From Octopus vulgaris (lineage: Eukaryota), in the NCBI GenBank assembly GCA_951406725.2, contig OX597832.1:13640001-13704000 (forward strand): DNA of 64,000 nucleotides, read 5' to 3'. The position numbers and the translations under genes were made by a program. This document shows, piece by piece, positions 49,586-64,000 of this stretch (position 1 is the stretch's first letter; each line of letters begins with the position of its first letter). Under the pieces are notes generated by a model that saw only the letters and a program-made list of their open reading frames with translations, was not told where the DNA came from and searched no databases.

Positions 49586-50451
49586 GATATATATATATAT
49601 ATATCCTGACATAGGAGTAATTTCGCGTTTGTATATGTGTATATAAGTGCCTGTATTCATAGCAAATGTCAAAAAGTGCAAAGTAACATTGCCATGGGTT
49701 GTGAAGTATTTAATGCTCGTGCGCAGTAATACTGAAGAATTAAGAGGAAACAGGTGTTAAAAGGAAAATCCTATTTTCATATCTATGATTGAGAGATGGC
49801 TTCGTTTGTCTGCGCCTCGCTGGCTATATCTATTATACATGTGCCTACACAAGAACACTCCCTCCGTATACACGCACACAAGAAACGATGAGAGAAAATA
49901 ATGAATGTGTAGTGGCTAGGGATCTTTCATGACGAATGCCGGAGAGAATGGTCATACAGGAGAGCTAGGAAGAAGGGGAGATAATAAATTACTGGTGATC
50001 CCAAAACAAAGGTGCGTTTCCGTGTGTATCAGAGAGTATATATATGCGTGTGGAAGATGGCTGGTGATACGCACTCACATTCACCATAACGTTACACATC
50101 CGACCGGCAGAATATAATGTGATGGAAATACTAGGATTGAATAGTTCCATAAATCCATTCAAGGTGGTGATCCAGCATGGGCCAGTGACTGAAACAAGTC
50201 AAATATAAAATTTATAAGAAGTTATCGTGATGCTCTCTAGAGAATATGTCTTTAAGTAAATCTGTTAGGTAAATAAATAGGGGCGTTAGAGAACCATGAG
50301 TTAGCGTGGGAGATATAGATACATAAAGGGAAGAAAAAGACTGAGATAGTGAAGAGAAAAGATAGGGAGGAGAATCAAGTAAATAAAAAAAAATATAATT
50401 GGTCAATAAAACTGAACAGCATAAAATGCGAGAATAGAGGAGGAGGAAGTG

Positions 50452-50452
<1 letters not shown>

Positions 50453-50540
<88 letters not shown>

Positions 50541-50565
50541 GAAGAAGAAGAAGAAGAAGAAGAAA
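50453..50565. repeat. (AAT)n followed by (AAG)n
   Basis: Directly visible. Confidence 0.95.
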
Positions 50566-51013
50566 GATGCGAAGGTGAATGGTCAAAATCTGACAGTAAA
50601 ATCAGAAAAACAAATATTAGCAGAGGAAAGAATTTAGCGCAGTAGAGTTGTGGAGAGGGCGAGAAAAGAAAAAAGAAAACGTATAGAAATAGATGAAAGG
50701 AGAAGGAAGAAAATCTAATCCGGCCGAAGTGCAATATAATATTGGGTTCCTGGAGGAAAAGAAAGATGAAAAAGAATAAAGTAAAAGAGAAAATTGAAAT
50801 AAGGGAAAGGGCTTTAATGGACCAGATATTAAATAAGCAGAAGCAATAACGTTAAAGAGAACGATAGAGAAATGAGTAAAGGTCACGTAGTACAGTTCAT
50901 GTCAATTGAAATGTTCTATTTCGGGCATCGTTCTAGTGATTCGCCGCCAAAGAAAGCAAAGAGATAATTCTCGTACACAGGTATAAAATTTAGACATACC
51001 AACCCTGCGCCTA

Positions 51014-51056
<43 letters not shown>

Positions 51057-51089
51057 GTATATCTCTCTATATATATACACATATATGTG

Positions 51090-51120
<31 letters not shown>

Positions 51121-51121
51121 T

Positions 51122-51265
51122 AGAAGAAATGAGGTAATCAGAAGATCGGATGGTATATATTTACAGATATTTATTTATATATTACATTTTTTTACATATA
51201 TATCATATCATCACTTAGATCATAGCGCTTTCTCCCATTCTGGTGGGGTTTTCAAATCAAAATAA

Positions 51266-51266
<1 letters not shown>
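51122..51266 (-). mobile_element. Short Penelope-type terminal relic in (TA)n with degenerate hammerhead
   Basis: Minus strand UUGAAAA-CCCCA(ccagaa)UGGGA-GAAA-GCGC-UA followed by AATAAA; flanked by (TA)n on both sides. Confidence 0.5.
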
Positions 51267-51363
<97 letters not shown>

Positions 51364-51505
51364 GATAAGTCAGAGAAAAAACAAAAGACGAAGACAGGTG
51401 GTGTAGACAACAAACAGATGTATTAATTTAACGCACGGAAAGTGAAAAATTCTTTAACGGTTCGAGCTTTCGCTACCTCGCAAAAAAAGCACAATCACAC
51501 ATACA

Positions 51506-51548
<43 letters not shown>

Positions 51549-52330
51549 CTACAGGTGGAGACACTAAAAACAATACATGTAGCCCAAACGAAACTCGTAA
51601 TTCTTTCTTCAACAAGACATCCATCACATCATACACCCCCGACCTGCAGCTGGTCACCACAATCCATACACACACGGACACACACACACACAAACATGGG
51701 GGGACTTAAGCCTATTCAATAAATGCTTCTTAGCCACTCTCTTGGCAGGAATACAAAGATTTATTTGTCTTACTCCCTAACACTTTCAACTCTATATCAA
51801 ACTATATTTTAAAAAAAACTTCAACAAAAAATCTCCAGACTTGTTCTTCACCCCCAGGTAGAAGATAAACTGTTTTTACTGCAATTTTTTATAAATGTTT
51901 ACTGATATTCATTGAAACCGATAATATTTTCTTTATATAATTTTCATAATCATTTTTATTAAATTCCTTCTTAAATTGAAGTCTCTTACACATACTTCTG
52001 TGCTGTATCAACCTCCAGCTTTGATATATAAGCATTTGATTTATACAGATCTCTAATATATAGAGCATGTTATTTGTAGGGAATTAAAGGTTTTGAAGAA
52101 AAAGTAAGATAGATTACGTGCTATATGAGCGTATGCAAATTAGAACCTAGGAATATTGGATAGGCAATGGTATTTCATGCAATTAGAGTATGATATAATA
52201 TGACATAATATAATATATTAACTAAATTATTAAAATATGATGTGAAAAAGGTAAAAGCATATCGATACGTGAACGGAATCTGCCGGTAGCTGTTCTATAT
52301 AAGTCCTCAAATGGTGTCTGAAATACATTG

Positions 52331-52390
<60 letters not shown>

Positions 52391-52391
<1 letters not shown>

Positions 52392-52528
52392 ACGTAGTAA
52401 ATACATAGATGTGAAATAAAGTGGAAAAAGAGTACTCAGATACCAGGGTTAGAGTAATATGCTTTATTTAAAAGCAGCAGAAATTCAACAAAACCTGTTA
52501 CTCGGAGTTTCACGTTCCCGTTCGTCGA
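52391..52528 (-). mobile_element. Short Penelope-type terminal relic in (TA)n with 5'-clipped hammerhead
   Basis: Minus strand CGACGA-ACG(ggaa)CGU-GAAA-CUCCGAG-UA-ACAG at 52495-52527, AATAAA at 52463-52468, (TA)n flanks. Confidence 0.6.
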
Positions 52529-52548
52529 TATATATATATATATATATG

Positions 52549-52581
<33 letters not shown>

Positions 52582-52639
52582 ATATGTGCGTATGTATGTG
52601 CGTATGTGTGTTAGTATGTATGTATGTAAGTATGTATGT

Positions 52640-54735
52640 ATGGGAATAGTAAAAAGAAAAGAAAATTAAACATTTTAGATATAAAATAGTAAAACCATTT
52701 AAAAAAAGTAAAGATATATAAAGACTATTACATGAGCTGAATTGGAATCATGAAGTATAAAATCATTGGTATGAATCACTACAGAGGTTCAAAATCATAC
52801 CGGTATCGTCAGAGCTGATCACTGACCTTGAACACCGAATTCCAAACGGTCTTGGGTCTAATAATATCGAAATGAAAAGAATACAGGCAAGGGAGGTAAG
52901 CAGTGTTGGAAGCGATGCAATTAAGGTAGTTATAAATACTGGAATATGAATGTTGTATGGGATGTATGAATATTAGTGGAATTATTGCTATTGATAATAT
53001 TTAGGAGTGTCCTGTATTGAGTTGTGTGTTCATGTTGAGTTGGGAATGGTATTTATTAATGACAGTTAGTATCATTCGATAAGGTGACCTTGTACATCAA
53101 TATCCCAAAAGATTTTGGTATCGAAGCAATCACCTTCTGGATTAAAAAAAAAAACACAGAATGAATCACAGGATCCGTCAACCACAACTTCAGAATTGCA
53201 GCGCTGAAATTTATGCTACAGAACAACTATTTCATGTTAGATATATCTTGCTATTAACAAAAATGTAGAATTGCAATGGAAACTCGAGAGTCCCCAGTGG
53301 TTGGGAACCTTGTAATTGGTTGTCTACAACTTAAAATCTACCAATTATTACTACAAAAATATGGCACCTCATTTCCTTGCTATTCAAAGGAGATGATTAT
53401 GTAGATGATTACTTTACACATAGGAACGACAGTACGGACAAACTCCTCGATTTCAAAATAATGCTCAACAATATCAATAACAGCATACAATTCACCATAG
53501 AACACAGCAATAAATTACTTCAATTTCTTGACATACTAATTAAAACAGTCAATAACCACCTCGAGACGGACATTTTCCATAAACCTACAGATGCAAAACA
53601 AAACCTGTTATTCAACTCATACTAACCCAAACACATAAAAATTAATATACCTTATAATTTAGCGAAGAGAATCTGTACCATCGGATACCAATACTCGTGA
53701 ACGAAGACACCTTGAACTGAAATCAACACTAATCAGGAGATATTACCCAACATCATTAATAAATTGTGTGATTAAACGAACAAAGGAAATAGATATACAA
53801 ACATTTAGGGAAGTTAACCGAAATACTACACCAGATTTTAAAATACTCCCATACATCTCTCCAAACAATTCTAGAAACAATGAGGCATTCAACATCATCA
53901 TCCAAAATCTATTCATTCTCCCTGGAGATAAAAGGATGAACAAAATTATAGGTTCACAAATAATTAAAATCATAATGCAACCGAAGTCATTGAATAACAT
54001 ATTAACCAGCGCAAGACTTTATCCATTAAGAACGGAACCAATAGTGTAAAAATGAGGACGGTCTAACTGTGGCGCATGCCCTCGCCTTTTGTAGGGTACG
54101 GAGTTTCACTTCAAACAAGGTGAAATATTTAAGATAAAATCAAATTTCACTTGTGCCTCTGAAAATTTAATCCATGCTATTACCTGCTTCGGGTGCGGAA
54201 ATCACGATATAGGCTAAGCAGGAATGTCACACCGACAAACAACTCTTCACAAAAAACAAATCCGCAATATAGACAGGTACAAGTCAGTGAGTACATAGAA
54301 AGATGTTCTAGGAACCTTAAACCAAACTTCCTAATTTTCTCATTATATCAATGTTCGGAGAACTCCTCAGTACAGCAAAGAGGCAACTTTCATTAATGCA
54401 TATTATTCAACACTCAACATGAACACGGACCTTAATACAAGACACTACTAATCTTACCAATACCAATAATTCCGCTAAACTCCATACATCCCATGAACCA
54501 TTCATATTCCTGTATTTATACCTACTTTTATTGCATCGTTTCCAGAACTGCTTACCTCCCCTTTGGAAATCGGTGTTCATTCAAAGTCAGTGATGAATTT
54601 AAATCTCTATAATGACTCATAATAATGTTTATACTTATCATCCAATTGTATGTATATATCATTGCTTTCCTTTAAAAAAGCATTTATTTTTTATATCTAA
54701 CATGCATCTTCTTTGCTTTCTTTTTTCCCACTATT
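52640..54735 (+). mobile_element. Decayed Penelope-like retroelement (Neptune-like) with inverted 5' pseudo-LTR
   Basis: RT remnants GIEAITFW, QNNYF, IAM.T.., YVDDYF, IQFTIE..LQFLDI..TDIFHKPTD, PKHIKINIPYNLAKRIC; NCGACP linker; FTCASENLIHAITCFGC GIY-YIG; 52640-53050 is the reverse complement of 54405-54735. Confidence 0.85.
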
Positions 54736-54785
54736 TATGCCACGCTTAGTCTTTTTACTTTGAAAACTATTTCTATTATATATGC

Positions 54786-54822
<37 letters not shown>

Positions 54823-54899
54823 TATTTGAGGAATGTTTCGCGGACATAATATTCATTTAAAAGACTAGCACAAATAGAGAAAGTTCGGAGAAGGGGCAT

Positions 54900-55290
54900 G
54901 TCAATTGTTTCATCCCTTGTGTTCAATCGGTACTTATTTTATTGACACCGAATGGATGAAAAACAAAGTCGATCTTGGCGTAATTTCAATTCAGAACGTC
55001 AAAATGGGCGAAATACCGCTAAGCATCTTGTTCTGCGTGCTAACAATGCTGCAAACCTTCATAAGATTAATAATAAATGTAATAATAATAATCCTTTCTA
55101 CGAGGTGGAATAGTCTGCATGACAAAGCTAATCGATTACATTGATTCCAGTGCAGAATTGGTGCTTAATTCATAGATACAATAGAATGAAATGTAATATC
55201 ATCCTCGGTGGAATTTTGGTGGAAAGACGGACGAGGTGCTGCTAAGCATTTTTTACGGCTCGCAAACAATTCTGCCAAATCGCTGCCTAT
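54900..55290 (-). mobile_element. Two decayed SINE family B copies
   Basis: ggtacttattttattgacaccgaatggatgaaaaacaaagtcga...gaaataccgctaagca and a second, more diverged copy at 55085-55290. Confidence 0.7.
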
Positions 55291-57791
55291 AATTATAATG
55301 ATGATGATGATGACGACGTCGAGTGAAGAAAATAATAGTTTGAAATGAATTAGAACGAAAGGCGGTGATTAGTAATACGGTATTAGAGTGGAGGGCGTGT
55401 TGCTATCTAAATAAAATTATATTGTTGAGTATTTTCAGAAAATTCATGGAAAGGTAATTTCCTTTTATGTTTACAGATTTTTGGGTTTGTTTACGATTTG
55501 TACCATATCGGTAAATAGAATGTCGAAAGACTCACATGGACCTTGCTTGCAGGCCATTTATTTTCTACTTAGTTAGATTCAGATGAAGCTGTGATTGTGT
55601 AGTGTAAGGACTTTTCAAGGAATTTAAGGCATAATTATATTCTCCTGATGTGGTAGAAAAAATAACTTTTTCACCTTGAGTAAATTTATGTCTATGCGTA
55701 AAGATGCTGGTTGCTTGATCCACAGTAAAGGGATACTGTTAATCCCATTTATAATTCACTTATATACCACGTTCTCATGAGTTATTGCATGGACTATCCC
55801 CATCCAAGAAAAATAATTCCGAGATTTACATATCCATTTCCTGTGACGAGTCCTTGTAAACTTATATGAACGTAAAATGAAATATATAAGATATTTCCTC
55901 TTGACATAAAATATTGATTCAGCTGTGAATTAATTCGATTAACAAGAGGGACTACACTCAGATGCATGAGCATAAGGAAAGACAACCAAATATCATTCCT
56001 ATAATATAATATCAAATAACAAAAAAACCCGAGGTAATATATTTGATAAATTAATCCAATATATAGTTTATAATAAGTGTTCATGTTTGGAGCGTCTTTC
56101 GAGCCCTTAGGGTTCGAAACAATAACAGGGAGAATTTATATGTAGCCCCGGGAGATATACCTGCCAATGTCATAGTTACATATTCAAAATATCTAAAAAT
56201 AAGTTGTACTATACGGGAGGTTCTTTCAGGTTGGTCATGGCTGGAATGCAATTGATCAGTGGTCTTTTTGGAGAGGGAATAGGCAACATTAACTACGGCA
56301 ACTTACAATATACTAAATGTTATTTTGTATCGTAAATTTCAATGGTCTTATATTGGAGAATATTCAATAACAACTATGATATTTTGTTATGTTTAAAACT
56401 GTTTTGCATAAAACAAGTTGCAGTCGCAGCAGGATATTCAGTTATTGATAGGCGAAAAATAAATGTAGAACCAACAGGAAGTATCGATAAAAAGAATGTT
56501 CATACGAGCACGGAATGGTTGGAATATACATAGAAAATAATCTTTAATTCAAACAGAAATTCACGAAAATTCAACTGTATGAGATCGTGTATCAGAAATT
56601 CACTCTACTTTCACACACACACACGAACGCGCACATATATAAATATACGCATAAAAATTTCCATACATACACACATACATACATACATACATATGTATCT
56701 ATGTATGTAAGCAAATGTTTATACGTATATTTATATGTGTGCATGTTCGTGTGTGGATGAAAGTAGAGTGAATAAATCTGGCTTCTGATGGGAAATAGAT
56801 GTAAATAACACAGCATGGATAATGGAGCGCAGATGATTTAGTCTTGTTATTTAGTGGCTAGTGAACTGTATGGCTGTGGTCGTATAGTTAGTGGGTTCTA
56901 CTACGAAGTAAGTCAATAAAATCCAAACAGTCCCTGTAGAAATCTTTCGCTTAAACAAATCTTTTTTAAAAAAATCAAGGTTCTCATCTTTGCAAATAAC
57001 GAGTAGATCGCTGTTAGATTTTAATCAATAAAAATAGACAGAGAAAGAATTATTTCAGTGAAGGATTCATTCAAGATTGAAAGTTGATTGTATTGTAAAT
57101 CTCTTCGGAAAGTGCCCCTTTCAAAGACCTAAGTTTTTAACATATCTCTCATATACAAGTCATGCACGAAAGTTCATCCTGCCATTTCAAAGCAGAATCA
57201 TCAGCTGCAATTGAAGTATCCTTTTCATTAACCAAAATTAAATCGTACCTGAGCTTGCGTTTATTCTCTTCAAACAGTGTGATTCCCGTTTCCCTTTCTC
57301 GAAGCATGAATTTAAATTTTGAATAATCCATGCATTTCGTACCATTTTCAACAGTTTAAACCGCTCCAACGTTACAAAGTATTGTATCAACTCATTTCCA
57401 AAATACAAAGTGGGTGAAGCTGTCACTGACAAAATCAATTTCTAAGTTTTAATATCTATCTATTCTTCATGAGAACATAAATGAATGGTTTACGTAAAGT
57501 GATATCGCTTGGAGATAAACTTTCGTCTGTTTACCTCTTGAATCACCCTTAAGCAGGGGGGTTCGTGCTTATCTCTCTTGGTCGTTGACTACCAGCTACC
57601 TTTGTCTTTACTTATCGACTGATCTAGGCTATGTCCAAAGTTTTATGCTTATAAATATGTATTATCCTTCACTCTCATATACACGAAAGAACATATGTTG
57701 TTATACACCGAATAACTCAAATTCTTGTGCATTTGATTGCTAGTGAACTTATTCTCTGAACCAAGCCGCACCGATATACTGTGGGAATAAA

Positions 57792-57850
<59 letters not shown>

Positions 57851-57865
57851 TAATAATAATAATAA
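57792..57865. repeat. (AAT)n tract
   Basis: Directly visible. Confidence 0.95.
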
Positions 57866-58421
57866 ATGCCCTGATGCAGTACCAGGCAGTGGCTCTCATG
57901 GCTTCTGATCTTAACTGATTGGAAGTGTTATCATGTACATTGTTTTGTCTTGGTATAAAAGATGGGCTACAGCAAATATTCTGCTCAATACCACAGATTT
58001 GCTTGTCAGTTGTTTGACCTTAACCAGTTGAGCATGTCCCTTAGTGGCTGACGATATGTGCATCTGTGATCACGAGCAGAAGTAGTGGGGGAGCATCATG
58101 GCCATGTGTTGAGAGGGATTCTTTGGAGTTTGAATGGTTCACCTCTGGAAACATAGGTGTTTCGTTCAACATCCTAAAGCAACCCTTATTCAGGGACCGT
58201 TTGAGCAGGATGGGCTACTCAACCTGAAGAAAATTCTAGCTGGGCCCCACCTGCAAGGTCATGTGCTGTTTGTCTTGATATGAGATCACCATGTCGCGCA
58301 CATATGGTTGTGATGCGTGTGCCTGGTGTACCTTTATCAGACGGGTAGTCATGATGGGTATATTGGGCTTCGTATATTTTACCCCAGTGTCACTTTGATG
58401 GCATGAACTGCTCTCTCACTC
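57866..58421. mobile_element. ~555 bp non-coding insert in (AAT)n, probably a LINE UTR-derived or non-autonomous element
   Basis: Sharp boundaries with (AAT)n on both sides; GC-richer than flanks; no long ORF. Confidence 0.5.
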
Positions 58422-59746
<1,325 letters not shown>

Positions 59747-59828
<82 letters not shown>

Positions 59829-59883
59829 TAATAATAATAAAAATAATAATAATAAAAATAACAACAACAACAACAATAATAAT
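59747..59883. repeat. (AAT)n/(AAC)n tract
   Basis: Directly visible. Confidence 0.95.
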
Positions 59884-60060
59884 GGTGAACGTCTTCTTGG
59901 ACAAAGTAAGGCGAAGTCGAGGACAGAACTGACAGCATATGTAAGAAATTTAGGAGCAATCGAAATCAGGAGAAGCATCTCGAAAGGGGCCTGGCTGTTC
60001 CCATTGATCTTTGTACTGGGCATGTTACAACTAACACAAATTTGTAGCGCTATAGCTGTT
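59884..60060 (+). mobile_element. Old R4/Dong-like RT fragment
   Basis: RTELTAYVRNLGAIEIRRSISKGAWLFPLIFVLGMLQLTQI resembles RT domain 4 IRRGIFQGDSLSPLLFVLCMIPLT. Confidence 0.6.
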
Positions 60061-60629
60061 ATCAAGGAAGACATATTTTAACTAACTTAAACCCTTTCGG
60101 CCATAAAATCTGCCATATAAACAAACACACTTCAAGACGAAAACTACGCAACTTTTGTTGATATCCAGACAGGATATCTTAAATCAATCAGTATCTGTCA
60201 ATAGAGTACTGTCATTTTCATCTCTGATGTTCTCATATATATCACAGATATATCATAAAAAGTTAGTGGAAAAGAATATGTTTCTTCGTGCTCTTCTAAG
60301 TAAGGTAATGAATTAACAGACTTAAATAAAACCCAGCAGCTATATTGTACATAAACACCCGGGAAACTGGGAAGAATGTATAGTTCGTTATTCCTGCAAG
60401 CAAGATATTTAATCTCTTGAAGTTCATAACAACGCTACGGGAGAGATTCCAATGACTTTTCGTCTGAGGAAGAGACTGTTAGTATACGACATTTAGTAAA
60501 TATATACTGTGTATCGCAATTTACCTCTTCGCAGGACATCTGTGTATTTACATCAGTATCCAACTCATTAGCTGATTACTTCTCTGTTATATGTTACGTG
60601 TAAATAAACGCACACACACACACACACAC

Positions 60630-60673
<44 letters not shown>

Positions 60674-60696
60674 AATATAAATAAATATATACATAC

Positions 60697-60766
<70 letters not shown>

Positions 60767-60780
60767 ATGTATATATATAT

Positions 60781-61190
60781 AGGCGTAAGAGTAGCTGTGT
60801 GGTAAGTAGCTTCTTTACCAATCACATGGTTCCGGGTTCAGTTCCACTACGTGGCAGCTTGGGCACCGAGAGCAAGTGTCTTCGACTATAGCCTCGGGCC
60901 ATGAGTGAATTTGGTAGACGGAAACTGAAAGAAGCCCGTTGTATATCTATATATATATATTTATATTTGTATATGTGTGTGTGTATCTGTCGTGCGTCTC
61001 TGAATGCCCCCCCCCACATCACTTGTCAACCGATGCTGGTGTGTTTACGTCCCCTAACTTATTGGTTCGGCAAAATAGTCCGGTAGAATAAGAACTAGGC
61101 TTACAAACAATAAGCCCTAGGAGTCGATTTGCTCGACTAAAGGCGGTGCTCCAGCATTGCCATAGTCAAATGAGTGAAAGAGTAAAGGAG
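60781..61190 (+). mobile_element. tRNA-derived SINE family D with internal microsatellite
   Basis: Head agtagctgtgtggtaag...gggttcagttcc; internal (TA)/(TG); tail ggcggtgctccagcat..gtcaaatgagtgaaa. Tail fragments also at 14925, 50070-50205 and 61203-61245. Confidence 0.85.
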
Positions 61191-61278
61191 TATAAATATA
61201 TCAGCGGTGGTGCCCCAGCATGGCCGCGGCCTTCGAGCTAAAACATTTTTTTAAAGGATTTATATGTATATACATGTA

Positions 61279-61328
<50 letters not shown>

Positions 61329-61362
61329 TAAACATATATATATATATGTATATATATATATG

Positions 61363-61396
<34 letters not shown>

Positions 61397-62189
61397 GCAT
61401 ACAAATATATATATATATAGATAGATAGATAGATAGAGTGATAGATAGGTAGATAGTTAGATATACAGACAGATAGAGAGAGATATTCATACATTTATAC
61501 ATACATAGATTGAGTCATTGATTGATTGATACATACATACATGCATACATAATGCATACGCGCACACATATACATATACCTATGTACATTCAGACACACA
61601 CATGCACACACATACGTATGTCTCTGTCTGTATTTGTGTGTCTCTGTCTGTATTTGTGAAATGGAAGAGAGATAGAAATGAATAGCGAATTTTATGCATA
61701 AAATCATATACAAATTAGGAGGAAAAGAGAAATACGAGTCTTATCTGTCTTATGATATCAGTAACGTTAACTCTCATATCTAATGTATTGATATAATTGA
61801 AAGTCAGCAAATCTCCTTTCAAACGTAGAAAGCAATGCCGTGCAGTAACACCCTTTCTCTCCATCGCAAATGGTCACATACCAGTGTTCATACATACAAT
61901 TATTTCGGTCAACCTCAAACGATAAGCATACAAAGTTTGATACCAATCGTTCGCGCAGATGTAAACACACGTTCTCCCTATTTTGTCTTAGTCTCTGTAA
62001 TATTTTACCTAACATATATATATCAACTAAGTACAGACAATTTCAAATACGTGCATCAATACACACAACACATATATCTGTGCGTGTGGGGCGGGGGTGC
62101 GGTGAGAGGTGAGAAATGTGTGCGCGCAGAGGAGGGTGAAAGTGTGTATAAATTTATATGTGATTCAGAGAAAGACTGTGCACATATGA

Positions 62190-63274
<1,085 letters not shown>

Positions 63275-63705
63275 GGGTTTATTTTTCCAGTTAGTCTTTG
63301 GTTTTGTGTTTGGTAGCGTTCTATTTTTTAATTATATTTTGCTTGTTATTGTTGTTTGCTGTTCTTGTTTTTCCATTTTCATTATGTGTTAGACTACGTG
63401 AAATCGACGTCTTTTGAAAAGAGCAGTAGAAGTATTCGCCGTAGTTATTCTAGAACGGCTTGGAATAAAACATGTTGAGGGAAATCTTCGTTGATATACT
63501 TGTCAGACACACGAACGATGTAAAATATTCTTGGCGCCTGAATTCCTAAAAAAGCAACTAACTTGGGAATTCCACGTTAAATAGCTGAAGTCTTGAGAGC
63601 ATCCCGAAATAGCAGAAGCGAACGAACGTAGGAAATGGCGAATGTTTTCATTAGAACTGGGACATCGGACGAAGAAGCAGCAGCCAGTGCTTCAGCATTG
63701 ATGGC

Positions 63706-63809
63706 CTCATCATCATCATCAACATCATCATCGTCGCCGTCATCTTCGTCATCATCATCTTCATCATCTTCATCGTAATGATCGCCATCATCATCGCCAT
63801 CATCATTAA

Positions 63810-63840
<31 letters not shown>

Positions 63841-64000
63841 GTCATCGTCATCGTCATCATCATCATCAGCAGCAGCAGCAGCAGCATCATCGTCATCATC
63901 ATCCTCATTATCATCGTCGTCGGGATCGTCATCATCATCATCATCATCATCATCACCATCGTCATCATCATCATCATTATCATCATCGCCATAGTCATCA
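63706..64000. repeat. Degenerate (ATC/GTC/AGC)n trinucleotide repeat running off the window
   Basis: Directly visible. Confidence 0.95.

Noticed and set aside
51440-51490. Possible hammerhead relic in the repeat at 51361-51490
   Set aside because: Both core boxes are too degraded to call from this copy.
52780-52825. CUGACGA in the inverted pLTR of the second Penelope
   Set aside because: No GAAA box follows the short hairpin and the motif is deleted in the 3' copy.
57149-57438. Minus-strand ORFs with an EF-hand-like stretch (GTKCMDYSKFKFML) and a donor at ~57249
   Set aside because: In-frame stop just upstream, no suitable acceptor for that frame and no convincing family match.

Overview
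Very AT-rich, microsatellite-dense eukaryotic intronic/intergenic DNA. The SINE families look like those I recall from Octopus (cephalopod) genomes; this is recognition from memory, not a database result. Nearly all ORFs in the supplied track are artefacts of (TA)n/(CA)n/(AAT)n repeats or SINEs. The sequence supports: two decayed Penelope-like retroelements (one with large Asn-rich insertions and a 3' hammerhead ribozyme, one with an inverted pseudo-LTR); a 5'-truncated R4/Dong-type LINE in an (AAT)n tract; an internally deleted piggyBac with TIRs and TTAA TSDs; a non-autonomous Helitron; mariner, LINE and LTR relics; about 20 tRNA-derived SINE copies with shuffled head/core/tail modules; several long foldback elements; and two phase-compatible minus-strand exons encoding a C-terminal transmembrane anchor. 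The most striking signal is a set of about seven minimal type I hammerhead ribozyme folds from about six unrelated repeat families, mostly lodged in or beside (TA)n tracts. One sits behind a tRNA-like Pol III head, making it a candidate ribozyme-carrying SINE.
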